DNA of 64,000 nucleotides. Origin: Catajapyx aquilonaris. Taxonomy: Eukaryota. This document shows, piece after piece, positions 13,514 to 25,774 of this stretch (position 1 is the stretch's first letter; every line of letters begins with the position of its first letter). The notes under the pieces were generated by a model that saw nothing but the letters and a program-made list of their open reading frames with translations, ran no database searches and was not told the DNA's origin. The position numbers were made by a program, and so were the translations under genes. The stretch lies in assembly GCA_000934665.2 (NCBI GenBank), contig JYFJ02001710.1, positions 1 to 64,000 on the forward strand. The letters are read 5' to 3'.

Positions 13514-15404
13514 TAATTGCCCTTTGCAAATTATAACACAGGTGTGATTTTTAATAAATGCATACAAATGAATAATTTGACAGTTGTTCAACCTTCTTTC
13601 GGTCAAATGGCTTGGAAATCCTCAAGGTAATATTGATCCCATTATTGTGACTCCAACTCTTACGTATTTAATCAGATGAGCCTCACTGATCAACGTTAAC
13701 TTTGTAGTTTCCTTTTATTAATACTAAAATGACCACATAAGTGGTGTATTTATGAATTACTCTGTCAGTCTTGAAATCAGCGTTACAATGTTTTCAGTTA
13801 TGTGTTGTAATAATTGTAACCTGGTTAATCTGAAAAACCTACCCCCACCTTGGTAATGGTGATACACCATCGGAAGAAAGGGAGGTGAGGTTGTGATCTG
13901 ATTGGTATAAATATAATAATATATTGTCGTTCTCATTTTTCGGCAATAACTGATTAAATGACACATTTGATGATCTGATTACCTGTCACTTCTTTTACGA
14001 TACAATGATTATTAGGACTCTACTGCATTTAATTTATAAATTTTTTTCTCATGTGGCATCCTCGACGACAGTATAGGCATGCAGTAGATGATCCTGTAAG
14101 TATGGTCATATGCAATATGACTATAAGCATGATGTAATATTTGGGCTTCCGACGATGAATTAAATCAAAGGCACTGGCTGTCCTTAACTGTTAATATTTA
14201 GCCCTAGCCCAATGCAGTTAATAGCTGTGATATGTGCATAACTTAATTCATTACAAACAGATAGGCAAAAACAGTCCATACAACAACCCCCACTGGGGGG
14301 GGGGGGGGACTGGACAAATGAAACTTTGCAATAGCAGGTTTGTTTCATGGATGAGGCGACTTTTTTATTTGAATCATCAAGGACAATATGTGTACCGTAA
14401 AAATTAGCTATTCACAGGTTTACATGTAGTGTACCACTGTATGATAGTGTATGATGATTTAACTAATAATAAAATTTCCCGTATATTTTTATTTTTCTTT
14501 CTAGAAAAAGTATGTTATATTTCTTTGTTAGCGAGATATATTGACATTTTTTCGAACTTTAATTTTTAATTGAATTTTTTCGCGATTCACGGATAACCTG
14601 GACCCAGATAATCGGGAGTAATGAGTACAATGTATGAACATACATGTATGAAAATATAATACATCTCAGTGTACATTACTTACATGTATGCAAGAAAAAA
14701 AGCTGCAAATTTTACTCACGTACAAGAAGTGTACCCAATTCAACTTTTTTCTTTGTCAAAAATTCCGCAACTGTTTCGCACTTTTCCACACAGAATAAGA
14801 GGTGTTGAGATATGAAAGTTGTTACGTATTGCTAGCAATACCACAATTGATATTAGAAGTTCTAAGACCCAGTATATTGCATGCAGTACAGTCCTCTAAC
14901 TCAACAATGGTGCGGAATCTTGAAAAAGGTGTAGAATGGTGTTTTGTTTCCAATGAGAAATTACAGCTGGACACAAAGTCTAACGTCTATGTTGAATAGA
15001 ACTCTTTCGGGTCTGAAAAGGCTATATCTTTGGGTATTTACTGCTATCAAATGAGCCATCTGGGGAATTTGGAGGTGTACTAGTATTGGCCTTGACCCAT
15101 AGAGCTCGTTAAGTGCATAATCTCAATTTTTTTCTTTTTGGCACTAACCCCCTTTATAATGTCTACTCTTCATTTTTATTAACAACAGTGAGGTGCGTCT
15201 ACCGGTGCAGCACATTCCATCAGGCCTCGTCATGGCAATCGCTTGATTGCACATTCTCAATTTCTTTTTTTGCTAGTCTCCGCCAACATTTTGAAACTCA
15301 TACAGGTATAAAAGCTGTTTCTCACAGACATTTTATATCACTTCCTTCAGCACCTCCAGCAGAAGACATCGCTCGAGGGTTCAAGCCAATCCAATCTATA
15401 CGCC

Positions 15405-15824
15405 ATGGATTCTAAGGCAATAGTCTGATTAAGTTCACTTCAACACAAGAAGGTATAGTTGTTCTCGATATTGACAACGAATTTTCTTAATTGCAACATG
15501 CATCAGATACTGCTGGTCCTCGTTGTGCTGGGAGTGGTGGCGTGTGTGTCAGGAGGAGGTCACACCAACTACAAGTACGGGTTTTCCACAAAGGGCAAGT
15601 ACGGGGCAGCCCAGGTGGAGGCTGGTGCAGATGACCACAAGTGGGGTTTCTCAGTCAACAACCACCACAAGGATGGGGTCAGCTACATCAAGCAGAGTGG
15701 GGACAACACTCACCCCGGAGGATTCGGAGGTGGGGCTGGAGGTGGTGCTGGAGGGGCCGGAGGGGCCGGAGGGGCCGGGGGAGTCGGGGGAGGGTTCGGA
15801 GGGGGATTTGGAGGGGGATTTTAA
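15405..15824 (+). CDS. Secreted Gly/His-rich peptide, copy 3 (exons 15405-15416, 15507-15824; GC donor)
   Basis: MDSK exon followed by GCAATA instead of GT; exon 2 intact; TATA at 15307. Confidence 0.75.
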
Positions 15825-16060
15825 ATGTCCTTTGTATATTATACTAATTGTACAAGGTGGTTTTTAATAAATGCATATAAAATAATTTCAGTTTCTTAAT
15901 AACTTTTGCAGTATATTTCACGAGGTACAGAAAATGCTTACGTCTCCATGCAATCTATAGGCAAGGAAACTCAATAACTGCTTTATCACAGGCATTTAAT
16001 AGTGTCGCAAATGTCAATTCTATAAGTTGTCATTTTGCTGTCATTGTTTTTGGACAATGA

Positions 16061-16129
16061 AGGTCCATTCACACAGGCCGTCGACGGTTTTGGTTTTAGT
16101 TCTCGTCGACGGCCTGTGTGAATGCGCCT
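16061..16129. mobile_element. 69-bp PIF/Harbinger-like MITE
   Basis: TIRs AGGTCCATTCACACAGGCCGTCGACG / CGTCGACGGCCTGTGTGAATGCGCCT with a 3-bp TGA duplication (16058-16060, 16130-16132). Confidence 0.7.
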
Positions 16130-16690
16130 TGATAGTGCAGTACAACATAATTCATACGACAAAATATGCTGCTTTTAGCAAGTAAATCCAATAGCAATCC
16201 CGACCTGAGCATACGTACTTTTCTTATGATGGGAAGTCAATGGGAATCTAGAGATTTGAGCATTTCATCTCTAGTAGATGTGACTGAAAAATCACAGCGG
16301 TTTATTGCCAGGGAGATATGAATATGCAACTTTTTCAGATTCTTGAATTAATGTTGAAGCCACGGGAAAATAGAGTAGCCTTATTAAAAATCAATTGCTT
16401 ATATATCTTTCCTAACCTACGAAACTGAAAACCAAAGTTTCAAGATATACGATGTAATTGCGTTCTTCGCGTAGGCCTACTAATTTACATAGTTTCGCAT
16501 TGTGCAGCGATATAGCCTATTGATCATTATAGTGCTATTCATTACAAACACAGCCTGAAAGTGTTACTTGCCAGCTTGCATTTTAGTTCTCCATGCATAG
16601 CACATGGGCAGAATAATATAGGCAAGACGGCATGTACTCATGTTCAATGAACACCTGAGAGCAGGTCAGGAAGCGTGTCCCATTCAAGGC

Positions 16691-16762
16691 GCGATGGTGG
16701 TGTAGTGGTCAGCATAGTTGCCTTCCAAGCAGTTGATCCGGGTTCGATTCCCGGCCATCGCA
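16691..16762 (+). tRNA. tRNA-Gly-TCC: tRNA-Gly, anticodon TCC (copy 3)
   Basis: Identical to copies 1 and 2; T-run terminator follows. Confidence 0.96.
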
Positions 16763-17457
16763 CTCTCTTTTTTTAATGTTAAAAAATCTTAAGGCAGAAT
16801 AATTGTGACAGATGGTCAAATCTGCATATTGTGGCGCGGGTGAAACAAAATCACGATTTCATGTTTCTATCAAGAATTACCTCATGGTCCATCCAAGACG
16901 GAAGCGTAAACGACTTAATTGGTATAGAAGTATCAGAAAATTACTCTACATCACGTAGGCCTACATGTCAATATTTACACGGAAGACCAATAGTCGGATT
17001 ATATTGTTAAAAGAACATATATAGATGGTGCGAAAAACTGTACACCTAATAATATATGATAGTACACTTACAAGTTAGTCAAGTTTAACATTTAAGCAAT
17101 AACTGTGACATACTGTATATCATGCAACTATCATGCATTTGGTCTTTTGTTACTTTTGTCAGAAGACAGATTCCACCCACAGTCCTATATTACCTATAGG
17201 ACCTCCTGAAAAACCCTTGCGATGACTGAGGTCGATGAGAAACTTGCCTCAGTGCAAAGATGTCATACCTTTCCAGTGATAATTTCTGAGACTGTTCCTT
17301 GTGACAAACGCATGGCAAACGTCACTTCTTGCGGAGGTTCATATTCTCAGTTATCGCAATGGGTGTGGATGGCATTCAAATGAGGAGGTGGGTGGAAGCT
17401 GCTGTTTAGCAGAAGACGCGTAGCTCTAGCTCAGAGTATAAAATTAATACGTAAACT

Positions 17458-17467
17458 GGGAAATTCC
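17458..17467 (+). promoter_or_regulatory. kappaB-like site GGGAAATTCC upstream of peptide gene 4
   Basis: Same motif and similar spacing to the TATA box (17591) as in gene 1. Confidence 0.45.
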
Positions 17468-17680
17468 GAAAGTTCGTATACTGCGTACCAGTCAAGTTCC
17501 AGTGTAATACAGCTGCAACCTATAGCTGCTATAGGACTTCAATCCACCAATAGTTCTGCAACTCTGAGCAGCAATTTGGCAAGAAAACAGTATAAAAGGG
17601 GTTTACTCCAATGATCAGTATCAGTCGCTCAAGCGCACTTCTTCATTCAGGCAAGAGCAACCATCAAGAATCGAATCATC

Positions 17681-18043
17681 ATGGACGCAAAGGTAATTGA
17701 AGTAATGGATTGTTTAATGCCATCGCACTTACTCGCTGCTTCATGTCAAATGCAGATACTGCTGGTCCTCGTTGTGCTGGGAGTGGTGGCGTGTGTGTCA
17801 GGAGGAGGTCACACCAACTACAAGTATGGGTTTTCCACAAAGGGCAAGTATGGGGCAGCCCAGGTGGAGGCTGGTGCAGATGACCACAAGTGGGGTTTCT
17901 CAGTCAACAACCACCACAAGGATGGGGTCAGCTACATCAAGCAGAGTGGGGACAACACTCACCACGGCGGATTCGAGGGAGGGTTCGGAGGTGGTGCTGG
18001 AGGGGCTGGAGGAGTCGGGGGAGGGTTCGGTGGGGGATTTTAA
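17681..18043 (+). CDS. Secreted Gly/His-rich peptide, copy 4 (exons 17681-17692, 17756-18043)
   Basis: MDAK exon, 63-nt intron, intact exon 2; TATA at 17591. Confidence 0.9.
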   Translation: MDAKVIEVMDCLMPSHLLAASCQMQILLVLVVLGVVACVSGGGHTNYKYGFSTKGKYGAAQVEAGADDHKWGFSVNNHHKDGVSYIKQSGDNTHHGGFEGGFGGGAGGAGGVGGGFGGGF

Positions 18044-19212
18044 ATACCCTTTTCAATAGTGTCTTGAATACAAGTGGTTTTTAATAAATGCATACAAAAA
18101 TGAATTCTACAGTTTTATCAACCTTCTATACGTCAAATGACGTGGTAATCCTCAAAGAGATAGTGGTCCCATTATTATGACACCCATAGCCTACGCAATT
18201 GCCTTTTTACATGTACTGTACACCAATTGAGTCTCACTGATCAGCATTAACTTTGTAATATCCTTTTATCCTTAAATTGGTCACACAGTTGGTACCTTTA
18301 CGTACACACATATACAAGCTTATCAGTCATGAAATCAACATTACCATGATTGTTTTGGCTAACTAGATATATTATTAATACTACCTTACTGTACCCATAA
18401 CTCCTCCCGAACCGTATGGCCTACAACTTGGGGAGTGCTCTCAAAATTTTCCCGTGTCATCTTCTATAATTATATGCCCACCACTTGTTATTTTTGCAAA
18501 AGGTGCCCAGGGAATTTGTAAATCGCAAATACCAAGAGGCTCAAGGTCATGAGGACACGAACAGCTCCACGAACTCCCTAACTCTGCCGCTCGGCTCTCT
18601 GGTCGGAGTTACCTGCGCCCCTACTTCTGAACGTCACCCCAGATGTCGTGACCGTCGCATGTCTTTTGCCAAAATTTGGCAACTGGCTACCTAGTGCATT
18701 ATTGTGACTTGGAGTGCGGAAGCTATCCCCGAACCATGGTATTATAGACTTGACTTTTATACCTGTGGTGGTAAAACGTAGGTACAATCTGGAGAAAGGG
18801 GAGTGGGAATGTGATATGTTTGGCTGCAATAAGTGTTTTTACTTTTCCTTAAATAATCATTTCGGGGATATCCGAATAAATGTGTGGTGCAATAGGATAA
18901 TCAGCACAATGTAATATTGTTTTAGATTTACAATTGGGAATTAAATCGAAGTCATTGGTTGCTCTTCTACGGTAATAATATTCAGCTCTAGTCAAATAAT
19001 AGCACAAAATAATATATTATGCACAATGTATTTATCGCAAATGTGCAAAAAACAGTCCATAACAAGTCGACATAGATGTGGGGAGATTCGAACACAGTAA
19101 TATATATGACTTCCTTTACTCTCTGAATTATATACCTTCCATCTGCAGACTCTCTTTTCTTCTGCATAGTGATGTCCAGCACCAAAGTTTATAGAATGAG
19201 ATAGACTTCTAT

Positions 19213-19620
19213 TTACCCTGGTGTCCACCATATGAACAGTGCTCCTTGCTCCTCGACTTCTTCGTCCTTCTCCTCCTTCTTTTCCTCTTTGACGAAGTAA
19301 GACACCTTCTGGATGATAGTGATTGGCACCTTCTTCCCAACCGGGACATTGTACACCACTGGCACCTTGTAGACCACTGGGGCATGCTTCACTTCTGGCA
19401 TCTTCACCACGTAGGGTCGAGGCTCTTAATGTGCACATTCGGAACCTTCACTATATTATATTATAATCATGTGCATAGATATTAAAGGCTAATATTTATG
19501 ATCACGTGCTTTATCTTCTTCTCCGTCTTTGGAGCTTCCTAATTTGACCTGCAGTCACAGATAAGGCCTCTCTTAATCTGCAAACTTGTGCACAATGTAC
19601 GGAACTATTACCTTTGTGTC
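19213..19620 (-). pseudogene. Degraded Val/Pro/Lys/Tyr-rich low-complexity (structural-type) protein fragment
   Basis: The minus strand reads IVKVPNVHIK, then after a 1-nt frameshift EPRPYVVKMPEVKHAPVVYKVPVVYNVPVGKKVP...KEEKKEEKDEEVEE. Upstream fragments KVIVPYIVHK and EAPKTEKKIKHV are separated by stops. Confidence 0.45.
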
Positions 19621-20353
19621 TATCAACAAAAATAAATATATTGTTGTTGTGTCGTCGTTGTTGTTACAAACCCGCGTCATCCGTCAATTATTATCTCTGA
19701 GACTGCTTAATGCAACTGACTTTATAATTTTACCAAAAAACTCCTTCTTAGAATTTTTATAAAACTGCAAAATGCCCAAGGGGGTAATCACTTCGGTACT
19801 CCGGTGTACACCTGGGAGTGGTACTCCCTGGTACTCCTCAGGCACCTCACTCTTTATTACTCCGTGGTACTCCTTGAATTTGGTACTCCAGTGTACACTT
19901 TTCAGTCGAGTGATTACCCCCTTGAAAATTCCTATTATAACTTTAAAGAACTGCTGCTTATTTAATCTAACACTGTATGTCGTACAGTGCTTTTTGTGGC
20001 ACACAGTTGAACTGTATACGACCTCCCCGGCTTTGCATGCACCTTTTAAACCCTGGCATATGACACAAATGCTAAGCCATGGAAGTAACATGAGGCCGAA
20101 TGAATGCTAGTCAGACACTATGTCAGTTATTTGTATTAATAACCGTGAGTTGCCCCTACCAGTGCACCACTTTCTATTCGGCCTCATGGCAATCGATTGA
20201 TTGCACATTATCAATTTCTTTTTCTGCCAGTCTCCGCCACATTTTGAAACAAATGCAGGTAGCCTATAAAAGCTGTTTCTCTCTTATATTTGATGATCAC
20301 TTCCTTCGACACCTCCAGCAGAAGACATCGCCCAGTCCAATCCAATCTACGCC

Positions 20354-20765
20354 ATGGATTCTAAGGTACCGTTCATTCCAACCCAAGAAGCCCCTTTTTA
20401 TTAACGTCAATTTTTTTGATTGCAACGTGCAGATACTGGTGGTCCTCGTTGTGCTGGGAGTGGTGGCGTGTGTGTCAGGAGGAGGCCACACCAACTACAA
20501 GTACGGGTTTTCCACAAAGGGCAAGTACGGGGCAGCCCAGGTGGAGGCTGGTGCAGATGACCACAAGTGGGGTTTCTCAGTCAACAACCACCACAAGGAT
20601 GGGGTCAGCTACATCAAGCAGAGTGGGGACAACACTCACCACGGAGGATTCGAGGGAGGGTTCGGAGGTGGTGCTGGGGGGGCTGGTGGTGGGGCTGGAG
20701 GAGCTGGAGGAGCTGGGGGAGCTGGGGGAATCGGGGGAGGATTCGGATTTGGAGGAGGCTTTTAA
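20354..20765 (+). CDS. Secreted Gly/His-rich peptide, copy 5 (exons 20354-20365, 20433-20765)
   Basis: MDSK exon, GT-AG intron, long Gly tail; TATA at 20265. Confidence 0.9.
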
Positions 20766-22119
20766 ATGATTGTACATGAAATTATTTATTCGCTGATTAG
20801 TAGCGAGAAATAAAGACACTGATATACAAATACATCCTATAGTGCGTATATTTCTGTGTTAACGTTCTAGGACAAGGGTAAGTCAGACCTGATAAATTTG
20901 AAACCGTACAATATTTCTTCCAATAATAATGTTAAAAATAGCAGCAATACCATGAAAATCCATTTTGGCCAGATGATAAACATATTTGCTTGTAAGAATG
21001 GAAGGTAAAGTATTTGTCACTAACATAACCAGTCTATCATCGGAAATGTCGATAAAATGAGTTAGCAATGTAATGGGATAGACCAGGATAAATATACCAC
21101 CGTTCCATATGAACTGAGCGATTTTAAATATCGACCTATTTGCCATTAAATAAAATGCTAAAATTGAATAGGCGTAACAAAATAAGGCTAGCTTGGACAA
21201 ATTATGGTTGCATGAAAATCAGATTGTCTGCCAGAATAGGACCCATCCCATCCAGCCCAATACTCACGAAACATGTCGGCCAAGACAACCAATTCATTCA
21301 CATTATTCCACCCACAACAGACACCCAGAGCGCCTGAACCTGCCTTTGGTAACTTATGAGAACCAGTTGATTTGAGGATAAAAAAAGAGATTGTTATATG
21401 GAAATAAACAACGTAATAAAGATGACTTTGGATGACAACTGATGGCTTTTAATGACTCTTATAATGACTTTCATAATGCACCACTTATGCTACAAAAACT
21501 TGTGTTTTGTGATGGGGCGTTTATCATTGACCTTCATTATTGTCAGCCTGGTTGGAGCAAAGTATAGGAAATCCTTCTTGGCAGATTATTCATAACCAGC
21601 CTCTCATTTTTAATTGATCATTGTAATTTTGTATTCGGATTATGATTTCCGTTCTCTGGATATGATAGGCGACATAACAAAGCATAAAATGCATATATAT
21701 GTTAATTTTCACCTGGGCCGTGAAAAAGGTTTCGCATTTCCTGACGATTTTGTTATGAAATATGTAGCCAGGTTTTGATAATGACCTTTTGTGGAGGTAG
21801 GCTACTGTACTCTGCAACTAAACAGCTTCAATAAACATCAGGCATGTGTATAAGAAAGTGATGCAGTCCATGACCTAGTCTGTCCGCTTCACATTGACAA
21901 CCTTTTTTTTTCATTCAAGGTAATGCTTTCTTGCTTTTATGTTATTGTCACACATAATGAATTCGCTGCTAACTTGCAAAATATTTTGATCAAGATAGTT
22001 GCGCATTTAGTAATTTTTAAAAATTACGCCCAACCGTACATAATACCTGCAATTTTTATTTTTTTAAAAAATATACCCAGTGCTAGAGCCATGGGCTCTC
22101 TTAGGGGAGTGGATTACCA

Positions 22120-22405
22120 CTATCGTGCAGGGACAGGGTAGGGACAGGAGGGGGGGGGACACTGGTGCATGTGCAATGTCTCAGGTTGGGGGTCGTGTGC
22201 AGTCCCTCAGGCCAAGATGACCCCCTAGATGCGAGTCCGAAACCTCCACTGACCCGCACGTCCTCCAGGGAAGGGAAAGGAAGGAAGCGGCTGTGGCCTA
22301 TTTTACGGTACGATTCTGGAAATTATTCCTGGGGCGACCTTGGGAAACCACAAAAAACCAAGGTCAGGATCGCCGGCCTCCGGGATTCGAAACCAGGACC
22401 TCCCG
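22120..22405 (-). mobile_element. Partial tRNA-derived SINE(s)
   Basis: Body GGAAGGAAGCGGCTGTGGCCTA...GGGAAACCAC.AAAACCA and B-box-like GGGATTCGAAACC, similar to 8870-9010; the left part resembles 26250-26335 inverted. Confidence 0.55.
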
Positions 22406-22782
22406 CTTATAATACCTGCAAATTGATGAAATTATAGTCAATATAATCCTAGTCGTACATACTGTAGAATTAGTTAGTAATTAATGCGAGTAGATTTCGT
22501 ATAGCAAAAATTATTTTTACTATATATCTGTCGTTGCTGACCCAAGTTCAAGCTTACTGAACCAGAAAAGAGCAGTGGATTACGTACTTTTTGAACAATC
22601 ATCAGTTTCTTCATCTGGTACTCCCCTCTCCCAGGCCATAATGCTCGCCTGAATGCACACTCTCAATTTCTTCCACCCCACCAATCATATAAAAAGACTC
22701 GATCTCTCAGAGGTCTGATATCACTTCACTCAAGCTCACTGTACAGCAGACAGACAGAGTTCCTCCTGGTCTAATCAACACC

Positions 22783-23181
22783 ATGGATTCCAAGGTAATC
22801 AATAATTTCATTGCAATCCGAGAAGTCAGTGATATTAACTAGGACATTGTTGATTGCAACATGCAGATATTGCTGGTCCTCGTTGTGCTGGGAGTAGTGA
22901 CGTGTGTGTCAGCCGGAGGTCACATCAACTACAAGTACGGGTTTTCCATCAAGGGCAAGCATGGGTCAGCCCAGGTGGAGGCTGGTGCAGATGACCACAA
23001 GTGGGGTTACTATGTGAACAACCAACATAAGGATGGGGTCAGCTACATCAAGCAGAGTGGGGACAACACTCACCACGGAGGATTCGAAGGAGGGTTCGGA
23101 GGTGGTGCTGGAGGGGCTGGTGGTGCCGGAGGTGGTTTCGGTGGGGGTTTCGGGCTGGGAGGAGGATTCGGAGGGTTTTAA
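22783..23181 (+). CDS. Secreted Gly/His-rich peptide, copy 6 (exons 22783-22794, 22867-23181)
   Basis: MDSK exon; core variant GGHINYKYGFSIKGKHGSAQ...HKWGYYVNNQHKD; TATA at 22688. Confidence 0.9.
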
Positions 23182-23773
23182 ATGCCATATATGTATATTA
23201 TAATGCAACTTGGTTTTTAATAAATGCATACAAATTAATTGTAATCTCATAATAACACCTTTGCAGTACAACACACCATACAGTACCAAGACATGAAAGC
23301 TTTTGATCTATTATGCAGCTCGCAATTTTCTAACAAATCACCTTATTACAGGACCATGTCCTAATACTACAGAAATTAAGCAGAGCACACGCCATAGCAG
23401 GATGTAAGCTTTCAATTTGCCATGCATCAAAGAGAGAACATATTACAGGACACAACCGGTAAAACATGATCCAGCTTATCATTATCAACAACACGATTCA
23501 ATTATTCGTGTTTTAGGGCCTATATCTCCGGTTGTCAGTGTGAAGCGCACACAGTATTAGTACAGCACACCTTGCATAGGTTTTTCTAAGTAACGGTTTC
23601 CGCCTATGTACTCTCTGATATTTAACTGTCTCATTTGAAGATGTAAGACAATTTTCCAATTACACTTCTTGAAATGTGGCTGATTTCAAGAAGATTATAA
23701 CTTTTAATCTGATTGGACCTATTGTTCCGAATTTCAGTTCTTTATTGTCCGTTCTCATCATCCGACCACCGTG

Positions 23774-25774
23774 ATGGAAGTGACGCGTTTCATACTGATG
23801 GCATGGCTGACAGTGGCACCGTACTTGCAAATACAGGTACTGACAAGTAACCTAACTCTATCTGGTGAGGACGAAGATTTGGTTAAGCAGCTGGTGGAAC
23901 ACCTATTGCAATCAGAATTCAGCAGGTGCTCTCTGGTAGTGTCCACTGACGAGCCACGGATTGGCAAGAATGGGCAAGATCTGATTGCCAGCCAAGCACA
24001 ACAATACCGTCAGTCATTGTTAATTCGGATGGATGCTTTCACACTCTCTTACAAAGATTACCCGGGCACGCTCAGGCAGAGTCAGCTTTATGATTTCCGC
24101 ACCATGCCTCCTGGGCTCAAGTCCACCTTGTGGCCAGGTGGTTCCTGTACCTTCCACCTCTTCTTGGTATCCACACCTAACGTTCTGTCCAACCTGATCA
24201 TTCACACAGCATCTTCGGTTAAGTTTAAGAACCTCTACGACACCTTCTTGTTTCACTTCAATGGTGGTGATCCAGGCAATGTCATGCTCAGCACCCTGGC
24301 CAATGGGATCAGATTCAAGCTGGCCACTACAATGACCCAGAGTGGACTTAGCATGTCCACAGTCTGCATGTTTTGCAATGGAGGCCAACATCAAAATATG
24401 AAACTGGGCTTGTTTGATAGGAATCGTGTCATGGGTGACCTTTACCCCGATTTTTCGACCAACTTAAACAAGGCATTAGTAAAAGTATTGTATTTCTTTC
24501 CCATGGATATGGAAGAGGTGCGCAGGCAGCGTGATGAGCATGGTGAGATTAGTTTAGACTTCGTTGCAAAAGCAGTTCTCCATGTAGAGCATGTGTGTAA
24601 CGCCACAGTAGAAATAGTAGAAATGACTATTGAAGACGATAAACTTGACACACCCAATCCAAATGGCAGCTGGAGTGGGGCAACTGCCGATGTTATGAAG
24701 GGAACTGTAGACGCATCTACATTCACCATGTTTCATGACACTGTTGGCAGATATGCATATCTTGCTTACCCAACTATGTTTGGAAGTATCATGTTTGTTA
24801 GCAGATTAGCTCGACCTGTAATTCGATGGGAAGTAATTGCTGAACCATTTACATTGAAGGCCTGGCTTTTTATTGCATTTATGATGATTATATCTACAGT
24901 TGCAATACACTTAATTAATCGGAAAAGAGCTGATTATGGCGAAGACTCTGAGACGATCACTATGATTAGTTCCCTGAACTACACTTTTCGCTTACTGATT
25001 TCACAACCAATGGAAATATCTCATTTTGCACCTCATTACTCTTTTGTGGCTTTTTTCTCCATGTTTTGTGTGATAGTGTCTACTGCTTACATCAGCAAAA
25101 TAGTCGCTTTCCTGACCTATCCTAGCAAAGAATTCGTACCTACAACATTTGAAGAGCTGATCAATTCTGATTGGAAATGGGGAATGCCAACGGAGGAGTT
25201 CATTGCAACAAAAGTTCTCTTTGCTGATTCACAGAATCCTTATCATAAAATTGTTATGGCCAATTCTCTCTTAATGGAAAGTATCGATATATGTTTCAAA
25301 AATGCAATATTTCAAAAGAAATTAGTGTGCATTGCCCTTAATGCCCGAATTGCTATGGAAGAGACGAAATATTTAGACACCACTGGTAAATCAACTATTG
25401 TAAAGTCCAAGGAAACTCTGAACAGTAGATATAACACTTTTGTTTTTAGTTATTCAGCAACATATGCTCCTTACTTAGACAAACTTAACGTGGTATGCTT
25501 TGAACAGGGCATTACAGATAAATTTATTAATGACAATTCGTTTTATAATTTTGTTTCCCACGTTTTGCGTCATAGAGATAAAATGATAAAAGCAGCATCT
25601 AATGATGATGTTCTGACTGTGGAAAAACTTTCCACCATGTTTCTTTTGTGGTCACTAGGGTTAGGTTGGTCTGTACTTGGATTCATCTTCGAAATATTTA
25701 GCCATAAAAAGAGCACATGGGTGGATAATACCAGTAGAAAAGTGTCGCCAACAGCATTCGAATTCTTGAGATAA
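23774..25774 (+). CDS. Divergent ionotropic receptor (IR / variant iGluR), intronless, copy A
   Basis: ~666-aa ORF with S1-like NGSWSG..ADV.KG.VD, EPFT..AW plus M1, M3-like TAYISKIVAFLTYP, PTTFEEL and a C-terminal M4 (LTVEKLSTMFLLWSLGLG). Confidence 0.88.
   Translation: MEVTRFILMAWLTVAPYLQIQVLTSNLTLSGEDEDLVKQLVEHLLQSEFSRCSLVVSTDEPRIGKNGQDLIASQAQQYRQSLLIRMDAFTLSYKDYPGTLRQSQLYDFRTMPPGLKSTLWPGGSCTFHLFLVSTPNVLSNLIIHTASSVKFKNLYDTFLFHFNGGDPGNVMLSTLANGIRFKLATTMTQSGLSMSTVCMFCNGGQHQNMKLGLFDRNRVMGDLYPDFSTNLNKALVKVLYFFPMDMEEVRRQRDEHGEISLDFVAKAVLHVEHVCNATVEIVEMTIEDDKLDTPNPNGSWSGATADVMKGTVDASTFTMFHDTVGRYAYLAYPTMFGSIMFVSRLARPVIRWEVIAEPFTLKAWLFIAFMMIISTVAIHLINRKRADYGEDSETITMISSLNYTFRLLISQPMEISHFAPHYSFVAFFSMFCVIVSTAYISKIVAFLTYPSKEFVPTTFEELINSDWKWGMPTEEFIATKVLFADSQNPYHKIVMANSLLMESIDICFKNAIFQKKLVCIALNARIAMEETKYLDTTGKSTIVKSKETLNSRYNTFVFSYSATYAPYLDKLNVVCFEQGITDKFINDNSFYNFVSHVLRHRDKMIKAASNDDVLTVEKLSTMFLLWSLGLGWSVLGFIFEIFSHKKSTWVDNTSRKVSPTAFEFLR

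Noticed and set aside
9748..16762. tRNA-Gly copies as SINE heads
   Set aside because: They are full 72-nt cloverleaves with perfect acceptor stems, are identical to each other, end at T-run terminators and have no SINE body.
12992..20765. Long single-exon versions of copies 2, 4 and 5 given in the ORF track
   Set aside because: They read through promoter or intron sequence; the conserved 4-codon exon with splice sites in all copies is the better model.
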